This document shows, piece after piece, positions 25,771 to 36,800 of a DNA stretch of 64,000 nucleotides. The stretch is from Takakia lepidozioides (Eukaryota > Plantae > Bryophyta). Numbering within the stretch: the stretch's first letter is position 1; each line of letters starts with the position of its first letter. A program made the position numbers and the translations under genes. The notes beneath the pieces are model-generated. The model was given only the letters and a program-made list of their open reading frames with translations. It was not told where the DNA came from and ran no database searches. The DNA lies in assembly GCA_030704615.1 (NCBI GenBank), contig CM060733.1, forward strand, positions 19,406,001-19,470,000, written 5' to 3'.

Positions 25771-26439
25771 CTAGCTTCCACAAGAAACATGTTATGGAGT
25801 TGAAAGTTTTTTTACCAAAAAAGGTTGAACAAGGGGATCACAAAATCATTGAGGATGCAAACGCATACATTCCTAATTGCTGAATGTAAAACGTCCTTTC
25901 CTTTCTGTTGCCTGCATCTGAAAAAATGCCCAGAATTGATAACAGAACAGACATTCTAGTAATATAGTCATGTACCATGTTCCAGTTTGCATTTGGAAGT
26001 TCCATATACCCTCTTCTGCCGGTTGCCCGAACCGTTCCCATTCAAGTGCCACCCAATCAAGTGACAATGACACGTCTGCAGCCCCATCCTTTCCTACACA
26101 ACACATGTACACTTTGGGATGGATGCATGCATGATTGCTTTTACATGCAAGTTGGAGAGCATCAGTAACTGTAACTTTGGGATGAATGAACCGTCATGGA
26201 TGAAGGTTAAAAGTTATCATGCTATGAATGAAAACACATACATAAAGTATGAGTGCATATGTGCATATAGACTAAGTGCATGTACAAGGGAATGATTCCA
26301 TTAGTCATGAATGGTATCATGAAACCATAAGAGTGTAATACCATTCCCATCCCGAATTGGAGGCATGTATGCATGCAAGGTTTGAGATGGAAGTTGGACC
26401 CACTTTTAAAAAAATATGGATATGCATTCTGTTGCATTC

Positions 26440-28730
26440 ATGAAATTTCTAGGGCGTCCTAGGGGTCGTGCTGATGAGCCCAAAACCAATGGCCAGCTTC
26501 TCACTCTGGTGACAGAGAGAAAATTCCTTTTGCTCCTCCAATGCATCATGCAGTACAAAGCGTGTGTCAAGCACATACCCCGCCTCCTTCATCTGCCCAG
26601 ACAATCTTCTCATCTAAGCATGGATTTCCTTAATTCTGGGATGCACTTTGTCATCTACAACAAAGGTGTGCGCCCTGTTGCCAACCTCAATGCAGCAGCG
26701 CCCTGGCTCCTTCCTAACCCCTCTGAGCTTCATCATTTTTCTCACCTTTGCACTATCATCCCACCTGCCAGCTGCAGCATAGATGTTTGATAGGAACACA
26801 TAAGTCGCGGCATCTTGTTCATCCCACTTGAGAGTAGATGTTGCAGCACGTTCAACCATCTCCACATTGCCATGGATTCTACAGGCACCAAGCAAGGCCC
26901 TCCAAACCATATCATTTGGTTTCATTGGCATTTTGTTAATAAGCTCCTCTGCCTCATTCAATTGCCCCATATGTCCAAGAAGGTCCACCATGCAGCCAAA
27001 GTGCTTTACTGTCGGAGAGACACCATGATCTTGACTCAGGGAATCAAAGTAGCATCTTCCTTCATCCAGTAGGGCAGTGTGGCTGTATGTAGCGAGAACA
27101 CATATAAACCCCCACATTTTCTTTTTCTTTTTCTTTGTTACCCCTTGATGTCTCCTGTGATATTGTCCAGCTTCAAGCCTTCCGTTTGCATTCCTTCAAA
27201 TAGTTGCAGGGCTTCCCTATGACAACCATGCTGGACATATCCTGCAATCATAGCATTCCAAGATACCACATCTCGTTCGGCCATACTGTTGAACACTCCC
27301 TTTGCATCCTCCATGCTCCCACATTTGGCATACATGTCCACGAGGGCACTGTTCATAGTGACATTTGGTACAATACCAGCTCTGACGATGTCACCATGGA
27401 CCTCTTTGTCCTTTTCCAAGGCCGCCAGGCTTGCACATGCATTGCAAACACAAACAAACGTGATGTGGTTGGGCTTCACCTCTTCCTGCATCATTTGCTC
27501 ATATGTCTGCAAAGCCTCAGTTCCACGCCCCTGTTGTGCATATCCTGCAATCATTGCATTCCACGACACCACATCACGTTCAGCCATAGTGTCGAACACT
27601 CCCTTTGAATCTTCAATGCTCCCACATTTGGCATACATGTCGAGAGCTGCCAAGCTTGCACATGCCTTGCAAACACAAACAAACATGATACGGTCGGGCT
27701 TCACCCCTTCCCACATCATCTGCTCAAAGGTCTCCAAAGCCTCCATCCCACGTCCTTGCATATCTTGCAATCATCGTGTTCCATGATACCACATTTTATT
27801 TAGCCATATTGTCAAACAACCCCTGTGCATCTTCAATGCTCCACATTTGGCATACATGTCCACCAGGGCAGTGTTCAGAATGACGTCTGGTACTATTCCA
27901 GCTTTGACGATATCACCATGGACCTCTTTGCCCTTTTCCAAGGCTTCCAGGCTCGCACACGCATTGCAAACGCAAACCAACGTGACATTCATCCCTCCGC
28001 GCATCATTTGCTCATAGGTCTCCAAAGCCTTCATCCCACACCCAAGCTGTGCATATCCTAGGAAACAGTCTCATCTTGGCATCATCACCATTCTCATTGT
28101 TCACAATACACATGTGCTCAAATTGGAGGCATTTGAAACAGCCAACAGGATTGAGCAATTAGGCATGCTCAGAAGAGATAAAAGGGATGATGAGGACTCT
28201 GACGATCATCGCGTTCCATGACACCACATTTCGTTCAGCCATGTTGTCGAACACTCCCTCTGCATCTTCAATACTCCCACATTTGGCATACATATCCAGC
28301 AAGGCAGTGTTTAGAATGACATCTGGTACCATTCCAGATCTGACAATGTCACTATGGACCTCTTTGCCATTTCCCAAGGCTGCCAAGCTCACACATGCAT
28401 TGCAAACGCAAACAAGTGTGATGTGGTCGGGCTTCACCTCTTCCTCCATCATTTGCTCATATGTCTCCAAAGCCTCGATACCACGCGCCTGCTGTGCATA
28501 TCCATATCCTGTGATCAATCTGATGAGAGGGCAAATCAGGCTGAAATAGATTGAACAAGAAGGTTCCCTCACCACATTGTCCTTGACTTTGTGTCATGAC
28601 TGATGGAGGATTCAACCGACCATGAACCCAAAATGACCTCTTGTATATGCTGCTTGTATCCATGGTGGGGTAATGTCCGATTGGTCTGTGAGAACCACCA
28701 CGGTGCAGCTGAGCAGCCATAGATTGAAAC
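26440..28730 (-). pseudogene. PLS-class PPR-E-DYW pseudogene with truncated DYW domain
   Basis: Several PLS triplets; E domain and PG box RKEPGRCCIEV; TAG at 26614; DYW start [13 protein letters not shown], then homology is lost before CxxC; frameshifts. Confidence 0.9.
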
Positions 28731-29196
28731 ACGACCTCCTAAGACCAAGCTGATCCTCCTAAGCACCTTGTAAACACCAAAGAAAAATACCAAATCTTGA
28801 TAATAACAGGAAGAGCCAAACTTCTTCACCTCATATATTAAGAGAAAGCCACACCTTGCGATTACGGTTGTCCCACCATCGTGAAGGATCTTTAAAGAAC
28901 TCATGCCAGCTCTATTCCGTGCTCCAAGGTAGACTTTTGTGCCCGAAAATCTGGCAGCATCAATATTTTGCCAAGTTCCTTTACGAAGGGGTGCTAGTGA
29001 GCTTTCAACAACATTCATGTTGGTCGCTTTGGGCTCCATTGGACTCTCCACAACGAGGACATACGAACATATCCAAATGAAAACAGATGCTAAACCAGCT
29101 TATGTCTGCAGTGTGGAGATTTTGGAGTGGTCTCTGAAAATGAGCAGGATCAGCTGAGCAGCGCTAGTCTTGTTTGGGCGTACTCCCCAAAGACAC

Positions 29197-29471
29197 GATT
29201 TTTGAAAGAGGGCATGATGTATGCTTGGGATGCCATGTAGCATGGGGAGGATGAAGGCATGCATGGGGGATGGAGGGCAATGCCATGCATGAGGGCATGA
29301 TGGGAGGAGGGATGGGGATGCGGGAGAGGGCACGTCTCATGTCCTGGCAGCGGGAACATGAGGCGCGGGAGGGCGTGCCGCGCGGGCAGCAACCTCGTGG
29401 TGTGTGGGCGTGGGGTGGGGGGGGGGGTCCACGCTGGCGGAACCGGGCCCCTCGCATTCAACTCCAGGCCC
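29197..29471 (-). repeat. ~280-bp GC-rich module, copy 2
   Basis: Reverse-complement match to 22541-22823. Confidence 0.95.
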
Positions 29472-29783
29472 CATCTAATGCTTGGCATTTTCTTATGTAG
29501 ATGCCTCATTTGTAGACACTTGGGTTTTTTCCGGAGGATGTTTTGTCCCTCCCTCAACTTGTCCTTCCTAGGGTTTTTTCATCCCATTTGTCAAAGAGGA
29601 CTAGTAGATAGCATGTTTTCTTCAGCTCACTTGCAGGAGCTTGCTTGCAAGGGCAGTGGCTTCACACACGATCCTAACTTAAATTTATTTTTGGCCTTAC
29701 CTTTCCAAGGCATGACTACACAAAGGGTTTTGATGCTTAGCACCTCATGAGGTCGCCATTTGGCGAAAATTTGCCAAATGCTT

Positions 29784-30040
29784 GCCACGTCCTAACGACT
29801 ACGGCTCCCTGGTCCCCAGCAGCGTTTTCTTTCAAAATTTGGGAATTGCACGAGAGTTTTGCAGAAAACGGCCATACACCAGGGAATTTACGACAGAATA
29901 TTCTATTTTATTCTGTCGTAAATTCCCTGGTGTATGGCCGTTTTCTGCAAAACTCTCGTGCAATTCCCAAATTTTGAAAGAAAACGCTGCTGTGGAGGGC
30001 AGCAGGTGGGGGACCAGGGAGCTAGTCGTTAGGACGTGGC
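29784..30040. repeat. Long hairpin/palindrome (foldback MITE or hairpin-RNA locus)
   Basis: Perfect 84-bp arms 29817-29900 and 29909-29992 with an 8-nt loop; outer arms gccacgtcctaacgacta..gctccctggtcccc pair after a ~15-nt bulge. Confidence 0.95.
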
Positions 30041-30808
30041 TACCGAAAACACACGGGCGGGATGCACCGGAAGCACAACAGAAATTAACACCATGCAGAT
30101 TATATCTGGGTTGGAATTACCGTTGGAATATCAGTCCGGTCCAAAGCTCAAAAATCATGTTTCTATCGAGACCCGAATGGTGCAAAATGTCATTCCTAGT
30201 TGTTCCTAGTGTCTTCCTTCTCCTATTGTTAGGATTTGCAATGATCCACATGCATATCCCACCAAGCCTCGCGGTCATTGAAGAAAGCCTTTTAGTCGTG
30301 TGAAGAAATGTGTCAATTTGCCGACTCAGGGTGTTGGGTCCCTCAATGGTCTAATCAGGGATTACATTCATGAACTAAAACAGCTAGCCACCCAAGGGAA
30401 TCCAGTCCCGACTTCCTCAATCATTCATGGCTCCATTTTGAGGAGACCCACTCGAGGGGGTGTGTTACAAAGTGTGACATTCTGCACACATCTACAATTT
30501 GCATGGAGAGCTAGTGGCTTCCAAATTGGAGCCACTAACAAGAATGGCCAATGTTGATAAGGGCACATGTTTTGTGGTGATGGACTGTCTGTTGATTGTT
30601 GATTTCAGTGTTTACGGGTTACCTCATGGTGTACAAGACCAGACTTCAGTCCAGAAAAGACCAAGTATGTACAGCTGCGTAGCCAGTCATTAGCTCTGGC
30701 ATGTCAGCACATATGGGACGTGAGATTTGGCGTCCACAGGCTGCAATCCATCACTCTAAGCGAAAGATAGAGCCTGAGGTGACATGCATACATATCTATG
30801 CAGGCTCT

Positions 30809-33800
30809 TCACTTGTTTGCTTCTGCTGCTTTAAAAAGTCGCCCAAGCTTCTGATCGCCTTTCCAGGTGACACCTGACTTTTCCCCACTTGATTGGCTGA
30901 CACCCATGCTGGATAAGGCAATGGTTGAGCTCCGTGTCCGCACTTTCTCCATTATCCTTTGTCTTTCACTGTGATCCTCGTCATAAGCCACCATCTGTTG
31001 CACAAACAGCATAATCAACATAATCGGCATAATCAACATAATCACCATTAGCAATCTCCATTAACCAAACAGGAGAAGCTTCTTCTCACTAAACTTGTGA
31101 TAGGCATATCATTACCAAAGCACAGTCAGACTTTTCTCACGAAGATACATCCAAATCCATATGTATAACTACCAATGGCTAAGAGCCATCAAATGCCTAC
31201 CTGAGAGTCTATCTGAGACTCGTCAAATCTCAGATAAACATCCTGGTTTGGCGTTGAAGTGCTCGGTGACTTTGGCTCTCCTTCCAGTTTACTTGATCTG
31301 ATTTCCAAACCAGGATCAAAACAGCAATTAAATATTAGGGAAATTCAGCTAGGAAAATGTGTCATGTCTTGCAACCTTCCAGACTACCGTACCTGAAGAC
31401 ATGACATGGAAAATCAAAAGAATGATGAGGAAAACGCTGTAGCAAAACATCTTCAAACTCATAATATAGATGATGGACCACTTCAGGTGTGAAACAGTGA
31501 GAGCAGCTTGTCTGTTTCTAGATTAACCACAAATTGCATTTCAGTAGAAGAGTCTGTAGTGAATAGGCACACGACGACAGTTCTCAATCAATGGGATATG
31601 CAGAGGTTCCCAGCTACCCCCCATTCTCCCCACATTGCCAAACTGTAGCTGGATTGTAAGAAAGACAATCCAAAGAAAGCCATTGCGACATTGACATCTA
31701 TGTCGAACAAAACATCATTAGTCCCCAGAGGGATTGCCAGCAGTCAAGAGTGTGGGTCCCACCTGGTTGGATAAAGCTTTGGCTTTTTGAACTCAGTGTG
31801 AGAGTGGGTGTCCTCTCTGCTTCTCCTGTTCAATGTGGTTGGCTCTGGGGAAATATGCTGATCGTATTGTCAAAGTTCAAAACCCAAAACAATAATATAT
31901 AAACGAGTTTCTGTACCTCAACGTCCAAAGGTTTAAAGACTCGAATTCCAGCTGGAAATCTCATATGCCTGCTTAAAGCAACAAAAGAACATCTCAAACA
32001 GAGCAGATCTAACACTGTCCTAACATCCGATGAAACATAAAACGAGTTATAAGGTACACATGTACACGGATGCCTACATCATGAATTTGAATTGAAGGAG
32101 AGAACAGTGAAAGAACAATGAGATAGCTTCTGAACACACATGGTAAAGACGAACAAACATTCACATATATAATATAACTAATTACCCTATTATGTTCACA
32201 TCATAAAGGTGGATACATCTTGATCAACTTTCATGATCTCCAGCGAGCTATCACCTTTAGCCTGCAAACCGCCCTACACATCAGATACATTTGACTTGTC
32301 GGCCACACTGCATTTCCACTAGCCAACTCACATGAAATACACTTAGTTACTGAGAATGGGTGTATGCTCAATTGCTTGGGAACCAATGGACTAGCTGGGC
32401 TGCATTTACTTTAGTCTACAGCTGTTGAAGGTTGTAGATGTTTTGCTTTGTTTAAGTGACTCCATTACAGGTGTATACCAGTGCTGTGCACCTGAGCCCT
32501 GAAGGCATCTGAAAAAGCCTGGAAACACAACAGCTGTGAACAAAGAAAGTCATCAAGTATGACGTTCATCTCTAACCCGGCAAGGATCCTGGTTTCATTT
32601 TAGTGTGACATCTGCTTGCATTTTCATTTGCATCCTCATGGCAGTACTTGCGCTTGTATAGTACAAGGTTCCCACAGCATCCAAGTAATGGCCCACAGGA
32701 AGTACACTAGCCAAAAGATGTCACTTGCCTTGCTTGTTTGTCGTAGAAGACCTTCAATTGCATCTACAACGTTGGGAGGACAAGTGCCGCCTGTTTGACT
32801 ATCCTTTTGCAGACGGTTGTTGGTACAGGCAATCGTGGAAGTCTGTGCCTTAGCTTCCCCCTTGTTCATTCTGCAGTGGTCTTGGGTGCTCTTTTCCCCA
32901 CTCCTTTCCCCTTGTCTTGACGCAACACATACTTCAACACCTGGTCTGATGTCTGGCTTTCCAGGCCTTGGATCAACTGCCTTTTGGGACAATGAGTGAT
33001 AAGAAGTCTCATCTTTGGGATCTTCTCTTGGAGCCGAGCTTGGGGAACACTTTCCAGGCTTTCCTGAGGGATCGTTTACTTTCTTCTGACTAATAGTATT
33101 CTTCATAGACCTGGTCAATGGTCGTGGCAGAGTAGATCTGAGCTGGGTTGTGCTTTCCTGGCTAGCTTTAACGTCTGCCACCCAGGGGGAATTGGCATCC
33201 CAGGCATCCAAGGTACTTCCAACAGTTTGGGAAGAAAGGCAACTAGCACTCTGCGTGTTTGGTTGTGCAAACCGACTACCGCCAGATAAAGTTCCACGGC
33301 TGCTGACAGCCTTCTTTCTTGTGCTGCTCTTCTTGCCTAAATACAACAGGAAAATGATGGCATCGAGCACTAAATGTGAGTCATCCAGGTAACTGCGAAT
33401 CTGACATAGAAGACATTTGCTGCTGCATTCTCTCCCTTCTCCCTTCTGATTCACTGGAGACCCCTGTTCCTTTGATTTACCTTGTCTCTCCTGGCCCCAC
33501 TTTTTGTATTCTCCCTCCTGCTAGTTGTCCTTTAAATTTGCTTTCTTTCTTCTTTCTTCCAACAACATTTCTTCTTTCACTGCCCATTCTGCTATGAGAT
33601 ACATGGGAGATTCACTAGTCTATTCCATGATATCCAATCTCTCACGGAGGTCTTACATTATGAGGATCAGAAACACTTGGCAGCTTCTGCATGAGGTGTT
33701 GACTCTGAGACAAACCCTCGAGCAATAGTTGCTTTTGGGCTGCTTGTGGAGGACCCCCTCTCTTTCTTATTCATGCTTTCATAAGCTCTTTCAGCTTTCC

Positions 33801-36800
33801 ATGGATGTTATAAAGTACCATTTATTTTGCATTCCTTTCTCAGTGCCCCACACACCTCTGGCCTCCTGTGATGCAGTGAGTTGTCTTTCATCTTTCATAA
33901 AATTTGTTCTTCTCATTTCTTTTCTCGTCCATCTATCTGTAGTTTGATGGTTGTGATGTAGGCTGTAGTAATGCTATATAAGATGTGAACAGCCCCATCG
34001 AGAGTCAATTCTATGTGAGAGGAGCACTGTTGGCTGCACAAGAAAGTTTGAATAGCCAGGATTGGCAGGGAATCGTCACTGTGTCTAGTGTCTTACGTAC
34101 ACACACCCCTCACCACATACATAGTCCTGACTACTGCCCTGTCCCGAAAAACAGACAAACCAACATAGACAGCCTGATGCATCATCCTAATGGAGTTTGA
34201 ATGGGTCCAGAGACAGTACCTTGAGAGTTACCTGCCTGGCTTTGCAATGTACAGAACTGATTCTGTGTCGGACATTGAATCTGTGAGTCAGAGGGAACTC
34301 TTGGAGCTAGAGATGCAGCATGCCTTGTAGACCTCCTTGCAGCTTGTTCAACAGCAGATAACCCCTGTGGTCGGTAGTCATCCACTGGCACAACCTTATT
34401 CTGGAAAACAAAAAAATACAGTCAAACATAGATAATCGCTTAGATTCACCATATACCAACACATACAACCAGCCTTCAGTTGTTACAAGTCACTTCAGAG
34501 GTTTGGCATATCTGTGGGCAGAAGGTGCTGGGTGCTATGTAGGACAGGTAGACAATTACCTGAGCAATGCAGGCATAGAGCCATTCTACTGTGACAGGTT
34601 GAATGCCACGGCATAGCGCATATGCGTATTTGTCTCCAGCTTGAGTCTTGCACAACAGATGTGAGACACTGGAGTTGATGTTCTCTGTCAACTCAACTTC
34701 AAGAACATGGCAAAGCTCTCCTAACAACCTTCGGTCATACTGTGAGACACATAATTTCAAGCCCTGAAAGCCAGACAGTGGGATCTGGCATGGCAAGGGC
34801 TGAAACAGGACATGACTGTGTACATCGATCATCCTTCCCTCCTGCAGAGAAAGGTCCATATAATCCAGTGAGCAAGCATGAATTAGAGCATGAAAGAAGT
34901 GGTCAACTGGAGATAGTCTAATAGAAGCAGACAGATAAAAACAGCTGGAGGAGGTATCAGCAATTTGTCTGTGTTCATAGGTTCATCCAATGATAGGCAA
35001 AGTCATGATGAATGGGGAAGGAAAAGCAACACACCTCCAAACACTGAGTTATCCAATGACTTGAGATGTGCTTGATGTTAGAGTCACTTGTAGCCACTGG
35101 CGAAGTCCCATGAGAACCTATGAAGAAGTCAAGTTTCATACCATCATCTTCCATTGATCCCCCTCCTCCAAGAATCAACTGCATGATTGCAGCTCTCTGC
35201 ACCAATGCATTTGTCATATACATATCTCCACACCTTACCATAGCGTAGAGCCCTGCTAAATACACTCTAAAAATCACCAGCAATGTGCTCATACAGCAAC
35301 AGGCATCTATCATAATGGCTGTACATACAGTAGTCACAGTATATATTCGGCGGCACATTTGACTCCCACTCTTTGGGACTGATTGCACAAATTAGTTTCA
35401 GAGGATCATGTGGAGATGTTCTGACAGGTTGCATTGGCATGAAGTCATACTGGTTGGCACGTGAACTAATCCAGACAAGAAAAGAACAAATTAAATCAAA
35501 TTGGAAACATCCTCATCAACCTGGAATATCCAGTCTACCTTGTCAGATGGAAAGGTGCCTGAAAATCCGAAGACATGCCCTTTGAAGACATTCCTTGCAT
35601 GTAGAACTGGGGCCTTAGCACCCTCTGACAGCTTGGTTGATCCAAAGTCACTCCCAGGTGCAGTGCTCAAGCATTGAACCACCTCTTTAGTAGACATGTC
35701 ACCATTCTGAGACATCTTGCTCTGACCTGCTCCCGAGCTTACCAGGGCTTCATGGCAACTGGAAGGACAGGCATCACCTTGTGCAGCCTGTGGCATCGAG
35801 TTTTTGGCAGCTGATTCGTTATCCGTGCTTGACAGTGCCTTCAAGCTCCCTTTAGTTTGAGAAGCTGAGGGAGGGTTGGTCTTCCCCAATCTACTATTAA
35901 CACCTGCATTTGGATCCAGCCGCTTCTTCAGGGACACCCATTGGTCTGTTACAACTGCATTTTCTGAGTTGTGGCTGGGCCTTTCACTTTTCAGCCCTAT
36001 TTTCTCATTGGAGCTGTCCAGCAACCTGGCATTAGTAGGTATACGGTGGAGCAGTTCCATAACCACACCACTCTGCAAGCTGTGATCCTGTCTTTGCATG
36101 CTCCGATACCCATCCTCACACAGTGTTGTATGTTGCTTTGCAGGCACTGAAACTGTTTCCACCTTCTTTTCCTGGAGATCCGAGACCATTTGATCCCTGC
36201 CTGCAAGCTCAACATTGCAATCGAAATCTTTACTCTGCTGGTATGTAATTCCTCTAGTTTCGAAAAAGAACAAGTTATCAGCAGACAAAGAACAGACCCT
36301 GAAGTTTCTGGCTTGACTGAAAAAGACGTTCAGCACCTATCAGCCTGGTTATGAAACCCACGGGAGCAATTAGATATGCTTGTGATCATGCAACGGGCAG
36401 GTTTACATCAAATCTGCAGCTGGATGAGATACAAGTGCGGAGTAGCAGTTTAGATCCTGCACCTTGCGCAAGTAGGTTTTGATGTACTCGATGCCGTGTA
36501 CTGACAGCAACCTCTCTTCTCTTATGCGAGCAGTCAACAAGCCAAGTTGACTGCAGAACATATACAGCACCCCACGTTGCTAGTTGCCTAATGTTCTTCA
36601 TCTCCCTGCCCATCAGCAACACCACTCAGAAACGATGCTAAGCACATGGCTTTCATGAGCCTGTTGCAAATGGGGAGAACACAACATACAAGTCTTTCCT
36701 TTTCCTTTTCCTTCTACAAGTTTTTGTTCAGGATTGTCTTCCAGTCTCTGTGGACCAATTCAGTATTTTTGCACATTAGAAGTAGTTGTTAGTAGTTCTA

